Shown: positions 9,811 through 18,165 of the stretch, piece by piece
Numbering within the stretch: position 1 is the stretch's first letter
How the letters are laid out: each line of letters starts with the position of its first letter
IMG/VR virus record: IMGVR_UViG_3300031801_000852
Span: 1 to 54,985 of that record
Reading direction: 5' to 3' (one strand)
DNA length: 54,985 nt
DNA from: a virus
Taxonomy: Duplodnaviria > Caudoviricetes
Notes under the pieces: generated by a model
Databases searched by the model: none
The model's input: the letters and a program-made list of their open reading frames with translations, nothing else
What the model was told of the DNA's origin: nothing
Position numbers and translations under genes: made by a program

Positions 9811-10479
9811 TTATCCGTTATAGTTTGAATTTTGTTCTGTTGCGATCCAATATTGTAATTTGGAATGTTCGTGTGCGAAATGTGCAATCCCTTTGGATGA
9901 AATTCCAACTTGGTATCCACCACTCAAAAGTTTCATGTTCTCAATTTTGAAAACCATTTGAAAATCTAATGTAGTAGTTCCAACTTCTCTTCGAAATTCA
10001 TCAGAAGAATTATTATTGGTATCAGTAGCTACCAAAAATATTTTACTTTCATCACCATGTACAACTAATTCTGGTAACGATAAAACTTGTGCCGCCTTCA
10101 GACAAGAATCGTATGCGTCTTTCGACATTTTGAAATTGATTTCCGGTTCAGGAAAATCAAGTTTTTTCTCTGGAGGTAAGACTAACATGGCTGGATCTCC
10201 ATAAACATAATCTAGTTCATATTCGTTACTACGAATATTCAATTTATTTTCACCAACATTTAATTCAGGAGACTTTTCAAAAAGACTAAGTGCACCTAAC
10301 AATTTGTTAAGATCATAGATAGCAAATGTGCTAGGAATGTCTTCACTAATTTCTGCACTTGTTAGAATATTTTTTTGAGGTGAAATTGTTGATAGTGATT
10401 TACCCTGTTTGAATTGTATGTTTTGATTTATTGTTGCGTAGTTTTTGAGTATCGCGAGTGTTTCTGCTGTTAACTTCAT
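9811..10479 (-). CDS. gp45: sliding clamp
   Basis: MKLTAETLAILKNYATINQNI, FAIYDLN, YWIATE. Confidence 0.95.
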   Translation of the reverse strand: MKLTAETLAILKNYATINQNIQFKQGKSLSTISPQKNILTSAEISEDIPSTFAIYDLNKLLGALSLFEKSPELNVGENKLNIRSNEYELDYVYGDPAMLVLPPEKKLDFPEPEINFKMSKDAYDSCLKAAQVLSLPELVVHGDESKIFLVATDTNNNSSDEFRREVGTTTLDFQMVFKIENMKLLSGGYQVGISSKGIAHFAHEHSKLQYWIATEQNSNYNG

Positions 10480-10516
10480 CGTATTCCTTGTATGATTTGT
10501 ATTAATTGTATATCTT

Positions 10517-10544
10517 ATTATATCATGTATTGTTGATTTGTCAA
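10517..10544 (-). promoter_or_regulatory. sigma70-type promoter for the gp45-gp44-modification operon
   Basis: TTGACA-16 nt-TATAAT with extended TG. Confidence 0.7.
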
Positions 10545-10545
10545 G

Positions 10546-11502
10546 TTATTTTGTGGGTGTAGTAAGTTTCACCTTCCCCTTCTTTTTGTCAGCTCGTTCT
10601 GCTGCTCTCCGTTCTTGTCGATTTTGTTTTCGTTCTTCTTTCAATGGTCTTTCTTGTATATCTACTCCATGTGATGCATATTCCAATTTACCCAAATCTT
10701 TTAATGTACCATTGAAAACATAAGTACCAACATGATTCACTTCCATCCAGGGGCACAACCAAGTTGTAAATCCTATCTTTCTTGCGAATTGACAAAACAT
10801 ATAATCTTCAGACAAATAACGATCTGAACCACTTGCGCCTTTTCCTGCATATAATTCATTATCAATTACTGTATCAAAGAAGGCATGAATGTATCGTTTG
10901 CCATCAAAATGTTCTGAACGATTATGATCTGGTTTGTAGGAAAATTGGGGATACTCTTCTCTAAATGCTTCAAAGACTTCACGGGCGATTATAACAAAAC
11001 CTGTACCCACTTCTAATACTTCAGTTGGTTCATCAATTTTAATTTGAGTTGTACCTGCTGTTGGATTAAATACAAAATCTCCTGTAAATTTTTCTAATAT
11101 TGTAGGGTCTTCATCTGCTAATCCCGCATCAACAGCATTACGAACTTTTTCCCAAGCAATACATTTTTTGGGATAAGGTCCGCCAATAATTGGTTTATCT
11201 TTTCCAACAAGGGAAGCGAGTGCTAATACATCTTGAGGATTAAAATTGATGTCCGAATCAATGAACATCAGGTGGGTATAAGGGGAACGTAGAAATTCAT
11301 CTACCAAATAATTTCTTGCTCTTGTAATTAAACTTTCATTAAAAAGATAAAAGAACTTTATATCCATTCCATATTTTGTGGCGGTAGTTGCTAAATCACA
11401 ACATGCTTTAGTGTACATTCCATGACATTGCCCGCCATACATTGGAGTACCGATAAATATTTTCTTTTCTCTTAGTTCTTTAATATCAATTGAAATTTTC
11501 AT
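10546..11502 (-). CDS. GT-A fold glycosyltransferase-like protein typical of marine T4-like phages
   Basis: IGTPMYGG, ESLITRARN, LMFIDSD (DxD), GTGF, LSEDYMFC. Confidence 0.7.
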   Translation of the reverse strand: MKISIDIKELREKKIFIGTPMYGGQCHGMYTKACCDLATTATKYGMDIKFFYLFNESLITRARNYLVDEFLRSPYTHLMFIDSDINFNPQDVLALASLVGKDKPIIGGPYPKKCIAWEKVRNAVDAGLADEDPTILEKFTGDFVFNPTAGTTQIKIDEPTEVLEVGTGFVIIAREVFEAFREEYPQFSYKPDHNRSEHFDGKRYIHAFFDTVIDNELYAGKGASGSDRYLSEDYMFCQFARKIGFTTWLCPWMEVNHVGTYVFNGTLKDLGKLEYASHGVDIQERPLKEERKQNRQERRAAERADKKKGKVKLTTPTK

Positions 11503-11540
11503 TTCACTTTCCTATTATAAAATTATTATAAAAATGTTAA

Positions 11541-11695
11541 TGTTAGGTAGAGCTTAAACTATCCTATCCTCACCCGTGGCACGTACCTCTGGGCTTATTG
11601 TATAGGCATCTTAACTTCATTTAAGTAGAGCTCTTACTCGCACTCAAGTGCAGAGTCCGTCCCTCTGACCTGGCTTTAGAGTCATTTACCTAACA
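11541..11695 (-). ncRNA. candidate structured ncRNA
   Basis: GC-elevated, mostly intergenic segment closed by TGTTAGGTA/TACCTAACA with several internal helices. Confidence 0.5.
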
Positions 11696-12023
11696 AATCT
11701 ATTTTAGATTCATCTATTCCACCATGCTTCTCAATCACTTCATCAATAATTGAACACGGCACATATCCATAAACCGTACCACAAAGATTTTCTTCATCTT
11801 CTGCGTAGGATGTAAGCAATGTTTCTTCTGTAGACGGAAAACCGACTTCAGCTCGTTCATAACTATCTGCCACATCTCGTGGCTCACTATACAAAGATTG
11901 TCCTGCTTGAACAGACATTTTAAATCCATCATTACAAACTACTTTAGGAGTGCGAGAACTTGTCATGCCTGGCACAAGTTTTGTGACTGTTCTATACTTC
12001 TGTATAAATTCATTAATTTTCAT
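11682..12023 (-). CDS. hypothetical protein (start MKINEF)
   Basis: ORF with CNDGFKMSVQAG...YSEPR...EVGFPS...VYGYVP, a phage-like family. Confidence 0.75.
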   Translation of the reverse strand: MKINEFIQKYRTVTKLVPGMTSSRTPKVVCNDGFKMSVQAGQSLYSEPRDVADSYERAEVGFPSTEETLLTSYAEDEENLCGTVYGYVPCSIIDEVIEKHGGIDESKIDLLGK

Positions 12024-12042
12024 ATCATTAATATATATAAGT

Positions 12043-12219
12043 TTAAGATTTATCTTTTTTATATTCCCTGGCGTGCTGCAATGCTTCTTTCTTTGTCTTG
12101 AAAAAACCACCACCCATTTCTACTTCATCTTCGAATCTTCGTACCATGTATTTGCCCACAGTAGGGGAACCAAAAATAAATTCACCTTCTTCAAGGATTT
12201 CAATCGTTGTTTTTTTCAT
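12043..12219 (-). CDS. hypothetical protein
   Basis: Small ORF coupled to the upstream ORF. Confidence 0.6.
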   Translation of the reverse strand: MKKTTIEILEEGEFIFGSPTVGKYMVRRFEDEVEMGGGFFKTKKEALQHAREYKKDKS

Positions 12220-12422
12220 CTTAATCCACTCCAATTTAAATAGGGATCATCGAACATTTCCATTTGGGCTTGTTCTTTTCTCCATTGTCTAATTGCATCT
12301 CCACGTTCCTCATCAATCACATGTTGAGGGAGATCATCTACATTTTCCATAGGTTCTTCTGCAACCTTTTTGGCTATACTATCTACCATTCCATCACTCC
12401 AAAGATAGGTTAAATTATTCAT
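12216..12422 (-). CDS. hypothetical protein
   Basis: 68 aa ORF with ATGA overlaps on both sides. Confidence 0.65.
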   Translation of the reverse strand: MNNLTYLWSDGMVDSIAKKVAEEPMENVDDLPQHVIDEERGDAIRQWRKEQAQMEMFDDPYLNWSGLR

Positions 12423-13078
12423 TTGATTTCAATGTTTGTTGATATTGTTATTCTTGGTTCTTTTGTCGGTCCTTGTTCCACAACTTCATGATTTAATGTT
12501 GAAGGAAAAATAATCATATCATCTTCTTGACATGGCATTATAAAATCCTCTAACAAATAAGAATTGTCCGGAGCCCCTAAATCCAAAAAATTAATTGTAC
12601 TCACTTGCAAGTGTTTTGTAAATGGTGCAAAGTTTGCTGGATTATTAAACCGTGTAAAAACATGTTCTTTTTTAAAATTCACATAATGACAAGTAGAAAA
12701 ACTCTCCTTTGTTAAATGATTATGAGAGCCTATCCGTTGACCTTCAAGAATTGCTGAATAACTTCTAATGTCAAGTTCCCATCTAAAAGGTTTTTCTGTA
12801 AATACTTTTTCATCAAAAAATTTATTAAATACTTTTGTATATTCACGGTTAAGTTTGTCAAAATTTACAAATCGAAAAGTTATATCATCATAATCTTTTT
12901 CAAAACTATTTTTTTTATAATCATTTCCAAATATACTAACGTATGTACAAGCATTCTTTTTTAAATTTTTATTATACTTTATATCCTCAACTATTTTTTC
13001 TTTATCATAAGAAGTAGGATCAATTCTAATTTTGTAAATTGGAAAAGAAAATAAATTTAATTGTGAAAACTCACTCAT
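12419..13078 (-). CDS. 2OG-Fe(II) oxygenase superfamily protein
   Basis: LFSFPIY, HNH metal motif, IIFPSTLNHEV, RITISTN. Confidence 0.75.
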   Translation of the reverse strand: MSEFSQLNLFSFPIYKIRIDPTSYDKEKIVEDIKYNKNLKKNACTYVSIFGNDYKKNSFEKDYDDITFRFVNFDKLNREYTKVFNKFFDEKVFTEKPFRWELDIRSYSAILEGQRIGSHNHLTKESFSTCHYVNFKKEHVFTRFNNPANFAPFTKHLQVSTINFLDLGAPDNSYLLEDFIMPCQEDDMIIFPSTLNHEVVEQGPTKEPRITISTNIEIK

Positions 13079-13245
13079 CTTATCTTTGTATTTTCAATAG
13101 TGGTTTTAGCTCGTTCAATTTTTTTCTTTAATCGTTTTTTCTCGGTATCATCTTCACAAGATTTTAGCTTCTCTTCATATACAAGAATAGATGCTTTTGT
13201 GCGTTCGATTGCGCCTTCTTGGCGTCTTCGTTTTTGTTGGTTCAT
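13075..13245 (-). CDS. small basic hypothetical protein (56 aa, not in ORF track)
   Basis: MNQQKRRRQEGAIERTKASIL...; stop overlaps the next ATG. Confidence 0.65.
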   Translation of the reverse strand: MNQQKRRRQEGAIERTKASILVYEEKLKSCEDDTEKKRLKKKIERAKTTIENTKIR

Positions 13246-13320
13246 AGTTTTTATAGACTAAACATTACTACTGCTGTAAGGTATAACATACCCATCATCA
13301 ATACGAATGTTGCGATCTCT

Positions 13321-13593
13321 TCAAGCCACATTTTCATTGTTTATCTCTATTAAAGAATCTCTCCAGTCACCCAATTCAGAATCAATTCCTGTATGGGTAA
13401 TTCCTTCTGCTGAAAGAAAAACTGGGTTTGTAATCTGTAAAAATTTACCTTCTTTAACATCCCAATTATCACAAGCAATATCGGTTGCGACACTTGGTTC
13501 GTTTTCAAAGGCATAAAGTTTACCATCCATATCCCTAGCCAAAAACTTGAACGTATCTGGTACTAGGGTTTCAACATTTATTTTTTTCATCAT
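13321..13593 (-). CDS. hypothetical protein
   Basis: 90 aa ORF with AGGA SD; FLARDMDGKLYAFENEP. Confidence 0.7.
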   Translation of the reverse strand: MMKKINVETLVPDTFKFLARDMDGKLYAFENEPSVATDIACDNWDVKEGKFLQITNPVFLSAEGITHTGIDSELGDWRDSLIEINNENVA

Positions 13594-13607
13594 TTATCCT
13601 ATTAAGA

Positions 13608-14888
13608 TTAATCTTCATAATCGGAATTTTCTTCATCCAAAAGTCTGTGAGCTTCTTCAGCTTCAGTTTCATCGAGATCAACTCCGGCATCAATCTTGGA
13701 ATACAAATCCAAGAAAGAAGTTTTCGTATCTTCATCAAAACGATTCACACACATTTCGATTGATTTCATTCTATCACCGAAAATTGCGAATGCGTTTGAA
13801 ATATGAACCAATCGGCGAGTTGCGATTACTTCATCGATTCCACCATCGTAAAAAGTCTTACGAATGGCGTTTGCCCAATTCACCAACTTCTCTGCGAAAT
13901 CAGAATCAGGAACTCCAAGAGAATCAAGAACTTTGTTCACGATTTTCTTTTCGGTTTGGGCTGAAGGATAATTAACTTCCATTGTGATAGGAAATCTTTC
14001 AAGGAAAGCTTCGTTCAAGATATTGGTAAAAACAAATCTACCATCTTCAGAACCTTTTCCTTTAGTATTGGCGGTTGCGACAACCGAAAATCCCTCGGCT
14101 GGTGTAACCATTCTGTTTATCTTTTTCAAATAAACACCTTTACCCTCAAGTATAGGTTGTAGACACATCACTTTGTTGGATGCCAAGTCAATCTCATCAA
14201 GGAGAAGAACTGCACCACGTTCCATTGCGATGACCACAGGACCATCCTGCCAAACTGTATTACCATCAACCAATGCGTAGTGACCCAAAAGATCATCTTC
14301 ATCAGTTTCAACAGTAATGTTAACCCTGATAAATTCTCTCTTGAGTTTTGCACAGGCTTGTTCGGTCATATAAGTTTTACCAGTTCCAGATTCACCAGTT
14401 TCAAATACTGGATAAAATTTTCTAGAACTCAAAACCTTAATCAAATCACTAAAATGTCCGTGAGCCACGAACAAAGGATCTTTTTTAGGAATCAATTCTG
14501 CTGGATTAAAATATGTACTCATATCTAAAGTATCACTCTCTACTTTTTTTGTTTTCACAGGAGCCGGATCTACCGGACGATCTGGTTGTACTACCGGAGC
14601 AGGAACCACATCTGCGACTGATGCACCTTCTCCACCATTTAATGCAGGAAGACGATAAGTATCTTTACTAACCTTAGTAAAGGCACCCATTCGCCGTGCG
14701 TCAGTCAACCAAAATGGGAATTTCAACCCATTCTCTTCTGCTATTTCAGTAATAGTTTTCTTTGCTAATACTGCGCCTTCGCCATATTTGACGATTGCCG
14801 CTGAAAGAAACTTTAACTGTTTTTCAGTATATGTCATTTTCACATCTCTCATAATGTATGTTTTATTTGATGAAGAACGTTTCTTCAT
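13608..14888 (-). CDS. cobS: CobS-like MoxR AAA+ ATPase (start may be ~14837)
   Basis: Walker A GESGTGKT, LLDEID, ATANTKGKGSEDGRF, NEAFLERF. Confidence 0.9.
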   Translation of the reverse strand: MKKRSSSNKTYIMRDVKMTYTEKQLKFLSAAIVKYGEGAVLAKKTITEIAEENGLKFPFWLTDARRMGAFTKVSKDTYRLPALNGGEGASVADVVPAPVVQPDRPVDPAPVKTKKVESDTLDMSTYFNPAELIPKKDPLFVAHGHFSDLIKVLSSRKFYPVFETGESGTGKTYMTEQACAKLKREFIRVNITVETDEDDLLGHYALVDGNTVWQDGPVVIAMERGAVLLLDEIDLASNKVMCLQPILEGKGVYLKKINRMVTPAEGFSVVATANTKGKGSEDGRFVFTNILNEAFLERFPITMEVNYPSAQTEKKIVNKVLDSLGVPDSDFAEKLVNWANAIRKTFYDGGIDEVIATRRLVHISNAFAIFGDRMKSIEMCVNRFDEDTKTSFLDLYSKIDAGVDLDETEAEEAHRLLDEENSDYED

Positions 14889-14899
14889 CTTCAGGTACC

Positions 14900-14947
14900 A
14901 TTATACAGTAAATTGGTCAGGAAGTCAAGTGTTTATACAAACTTTTT
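14900..14947 (-). promoter_or_regulatory. sigma70-type early promoter, repeat copy 2
   Basis: TTGACT-17 nt-TATAAT; 33 bp identical to copies 1 and 3. Confidence 0.85.
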
Positions 14948-14957
14948 TCACTTTTTT

Positions 14958-17276
14958 TCATGCCGCTACCATATTAATGAATCTTGACAAAAGTTTTCTC
15001 TTCTCAAGTTTTCCGGAAGAAAACTTCTTAAAGGCTTTCGCCATTTGTGCTACAGTTGCATCTTCTGCAACTTCTAAAGTAGTCTCTTCAACTTCCAAAC
15101 TTTTTCCACCTTGAACCAAATATTGTTCATTAAATCCCATCATTTCAGGGGCGATCATATATTTGTTTTTACGCCATTCTTTCATTGCATTGTGTACTTC
15201 TTCCCATTCTGGAATAGTATCTGTTTCACCTCTAGACTTTCTTTGCTTATCAAGATGATGTTGCATTTCATACTTTTTCATTCTATCAATCAAGAAAAAG
15301 TTAACAATATTAATATTAAAAACATCTCTTTGAAATCTAACCAAAGCTTCTGTGAAAGATGACGCTTGCCGAAAATCATGTTTTGAGTCAACTAACATTG
15401 TTTTTTTAGAAACTGGATCTCGTAAAATCACATTTTGCTTTCTTACATCAAAATGTTCAACGTTTGTACCATTCTCAGTCCAATAGTTATTTGAGGAATG
15501 AGAATCACCATCAGTAAGAAAAATACTATTAATAACATCAACTTGATTCTTCTTTTGAAATTCTCTCATTATTGAAAATGATACCAACAGAGTTGAATTC
15601 AAAGGCGTTCCACCAAGATTCATTCTATCTGGAATATTGAAATATACTCCTTCTCCATAATAACGATAGGCGTTAGAATAATAACTTGCTGTTGCTGTCA
15701 TAAAAATATATGCCTCATGAAGTTCTTTTGCTCTCATCCTTGAAGAAAACAAGTTCAAAAGATTGAAACGATTAATAACCACATCTCCGTAATCTGGAGT
15801 TTTAGTTGACAATATATGTCCATTACTGTCAGTCCAATCTATATCATCTTTGTATCTTGTATAGGAATCACTAAAGGCATAGACTTCAAAAGGAATGTTC
15901 ACTCTCTTACAGAACATAACCAAAATCATCAACTGGTCAATAGTCCCTTTCATATTTTTTGACATTGAACCAGACCAATCGACAAACATCACTAATCCAT
16001 GATTTTTTCCATCAGGAGTAATAGACAATTTCTTAAAAATATGTTCATTATATTTGTATGTATAGAGCCTTTCAGAATCAAGAATTCCAGAATTGGCGGT
16101 TGCTGTTCTTGCATGTTCTTTTGCCGCTTTCTTCATTTCAAATTCTTTTGCGAGGTATTCAACAATTTTTTTATTCTTGTTACGAAAATCTTTGAACAAT
16201 TTTGTTGCTGCATCCAACATCTCTACACCGGTTATCTCATTACTATATCTTGGTTCAGTACTACTTGAATACATTTCACGATATTCCTCATATACATCTG
16301 AAAAATTAACAACAACATTTTTCATATCGATCTTGGTAGGAAGATTCAAATATACATAATCTTTTGCTTCTTCTGATACTAATTCAATTTCATTATTTCG
16401 AAAGTTGCTATCAGTTTTTGATTCAGGCTCAAACCTTCCATCCATACCGCCTTCTTCTCCAGACCCACCGGCTTTTCCTTCTTCAGTTTCATCTTCATCT
16501 TCTTCAGAAGATTCTTCACTCCCTGCACGTTTTTCCTTTGAATCATCTTCGCCATCTTCGCCATCTTCACCGGCACCATCTCCAGATTCACCTTCTTCGC
16601 TATCTTCATTAGAATTTTCAAAATCACTAGGATCATAATTTTCATTCCAATCTTCATCTTCATCCACCATTACATCTTCCCATTCATGGTCACTCATATC
16701 GGTTTCAGATTCATTTTCTTTTGCATACTCATAAAGATCTTCACAAATCTTGACAACTTCTTTCCAAGTTTGGGCTTTATCAATTCTATCAATAAAGACT
16801 GATTCTTCTCCAGAAAATGAAATATTCAAATGACTACCTACTTTATAGTGAAGATTAATTCTATCAATCAATCCCAAACCGGCCACTTCTTCCTTTTTAA
16901 TACCGAAAAAATCACGCTTCATCAAATCGTTATAACCATTGACAAATGACCTTCGACCACCAGGATATTTAATTTTAATTTTTCTCTCAATTCGTGCATC
17001 TTCAACTACATTAAGAAAGGATTTGAATCCTTTTCCATGATCTTTTGCATCATGTAATCCCTCTTCAGGAGTGAATAATGCGTGTCCAACTTCGTGTAGT
17101 ACCAGTAAATCATAAAGACTCCCGTTCATCTCTTTCCAAATTGGAAGACGGAGAACGCGATTCTTTGTGTCAAATGATGCTGTATTAAATTTACCATGTT
17201 CAACAGTCAAGTTTTCTGAAGCGAGAAGTTTCGCTAGAATTGACTTTGATTCTTTATTGGCTAATTTCATTTCCAT
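14958..17276 (-). CDS. CobT-like protein (N-terminal HExxH domain, acidic linker, vWA domain)
   Basis: HEVGHAL, NVVEDARIE, MIDAS DWSGSM, GGTPL, LTDGD; adjacent to the MoxR ATPase. Confidence 0.85.
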   Translation of the reverse strand: MEMKLANKESKSILAKLLASENLTVEHGKFNTASFDTKNRVLRLPIWKEMNGSLYDLLVLHEVGHALFTPEEGLHDAKDHGKGFKSFLNVVEDARIERKIKIKYPGGRRSFVNGYNDLMKRDFFGIKKEEVAGLGLIDRINLHYKVGSHLNISFSGEESVFIDRIDKAQTWKEVVKICEDLYEYAKENESETDMSDHEWEDVMVDEDEDWNENYDPSDFENSNEDSEEGESGDGAGEDGEDGEDDSKEKRAGSEESSEEDEDETEEGKAGGSGEEGGMDGRFEPESKTDSNFRNNEIELVSEEAKDYVYLNLPTKIDMKNVVVNFSDVYEEYREMYSSSTEPRYSNEITGVEMLDAATKLFKDFRNKNKKIVEYLAKEFEMKKAAKEHARTATANSGILDSERLYTYKYNEHIFKKLSITPDGKNHGLVMFVDWSGSMSKNMKGTIDQLMILVMFCKRVNIPFEVYAFSDSYTRYKDDIDWTDSNGHILSTKTPDYGDVVINRFNLLNLFSSRMRAKELHEAYIFMTATASYYSNAYRYYGEGVYFNIPDRMNLGGTPLNSTLLVSFSIMREFQKKNQVDVINSIFLTDGDSHSSNNYWTENGTNVEHFDVRKQNVILRDPVSKKTMLVDSKHDFRQASSFTEALVRFQRDVFNINIVNFFLIDRMKKYEMQHHLDKQRKSRGETDTIPEWEEVHNAMKEWRKNKYMIAPEMMGFNEQYLVQGGKSLEVEETTLEVAEDATVAQMAKAFKKFSSGKLEKRKLLSRFINMVAA

Positions 17277-17318
17277 TTTTATTCTCTAAAAAAGTTTCTT
17301 TCTCATTGTTACAGGACC

Positions 17319-17366
17319 ATTTTATCATACCTGGGTCAGGAAGTCAAGTGTTTATACAAACTTTTT
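17319..17366 (-). promoter_or_regulatory. sigma70-type early promoter, repeat copy 3
   Basis: TTGACT-17 nt-TAAAAT; 33 bp shared core. Confidence 0.85.
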
Positions 17367-17603
17367 TCATTTTATTCCGTATGCCTTGGCTAATGTTGGA
17401 ATGTCCTTATATCCACAGGCATTCCAAATTTCCATACTTTCTGAACCTATTTCCCAGCGAACACGTTTGTTTACCAGTAGTTCAATTCGATTGAATTCTT
17501 TCACATCCATTTCAGGCGTTCTATCTGTTACAGTTATCTCGCCACCATTTCGTTTGAGGTGGTTCAATCTCCACCAGAATTGTTTAGTTGATTTTATTTT
17601 CAT
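17367..17603 (-). CDS. hypothetical protein
   Basis: 78 aa ORF. Confidence 0.6.
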   Translation of the reverse strand: MKIKSTKQFWWRLNHLKRNGGEITVTDRTPEMDVKEFNRIELLVNKRVRWEIGSESMEIWNACGYKDIPTLAKAYGIK

Positions 17604-17769
17604 AACATTTCATACCTATCCAATGTGATCCATCTTTTAAATTCTCTATCAGTTCCTTTTTACATTCATTAGAACATACGTGACCCGTACCTTTTGGACA
17701 ATTAAACATCTTGCTAACATCAATTCCAGAATCATTTCTATGTGTAGTTTTACAATTAGTACAAATCAT
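17584..17769 (-). CDS. small Cys-rich putative Zn-binding protein
   Basis: CTNC...C...CSNEC; AAGG SD. Confidence 0.6.
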   Translation of the reverse strand: MICTNCKTTHRNDSGIDVSKMFNCPKGTGHVCSNECKKELIENLKDGSHWIGMKCYENKIN

Positions 17770-17786
17770 ATTTTCCCTTTTTCATT

Positions 17787-17863
17787 TGGGTTGACGGATG
17801 AGAATCGAACTCACGACCTTTTGAATCACAATCAAATGCTCTACCAATTGAGCTACCGTCAAC
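17787..17863 (-). tRNA. tRNA-His(GUG)
   Basis: G-1:C73, acceptor TTGACGG/CCGTCAA, anticodon loop TTGTGAT, GTTCGA, encoded CCA. Confidence 0.95.
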
Positions 17864-17866
17864 ATC

Positions 17867-17951
17867 TGGTGGGGAGAGAAGGAGTCGAACCTTCACAGTC
17901 TCAGACGGCTGATTTACAGTCAGTTGGGCTCGCCACGTGCTCAGCCTCCCC
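17867..17951 (-). tRNA. tRNA-Tyr(GUA)
   Basis: Anticodon loop CTGTAAA, long variable arm, GGTTCGACTCC, A73-CCA. Confidence 0.92.
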
Positions 17952-17954
17952 ATA

Positions 17955-18074
17955 TGTTGAGGGTGAGGAATCGAACCTCACACCGACAATTCACTCTCAA
18001 GTGAATTTAGTTCCCCATATATTCCACAAAGGACATATTCATGGGTTTGCTCTACCTTTGAGCTCTACCTCAAC
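17955..18074 (-). ncRNA. tRNA-like RNA with expanded central arms
   Basis: Acceptor GTTGAGG/CCTCAAC, D-arm GCTC-AAAGGTA-GAGC, T-arm GTGAGG-TTCGATT-CCTCAC; no canonical anticodon arm and no CCA. Confidence 0.65.
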
Positions 18075-18101
18075 TTTAATCTTTTCTTATTCTCTAGTTA
18101 T

Positions 18102-18138
18102 ATTATACCACGATTTGGGGGTAAATGTCAAGTGTTTA
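18102..18138 (-). promoter_or_regulatory. sigma70-type promoter of the tRNA cluster
   Basis: TAAACAC-TTGACA-18 nt-TATAAT. Confidence 0.75.
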
Positions 18139-18165
18139 ATGCAAATAAACGCAAATATTTGCATT

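Noticed and set aside
13608-17276. cobS/cobT as a cobalamin biosynthesis system
   Set aside because: No cobN or other cob genes; a MoxR ATPase/vWA pair is common in T4-like phages and more likely a chaperone.
2121-17366. Dispersed 33 bp repeats as CRISPR repeats or IS ends
   Set aside because: They are kilobases apart, have no spacers, cas or transposase genes, and fit -35/-10 promoter geometry.
17955-18074. tRNA-Sec to serve the selenoprotein
   Set aside because: The 13 bp acceptor+T stem is reminiscent, but there is no UCA anticodon loop, no G73-CCA and no long D-stem.
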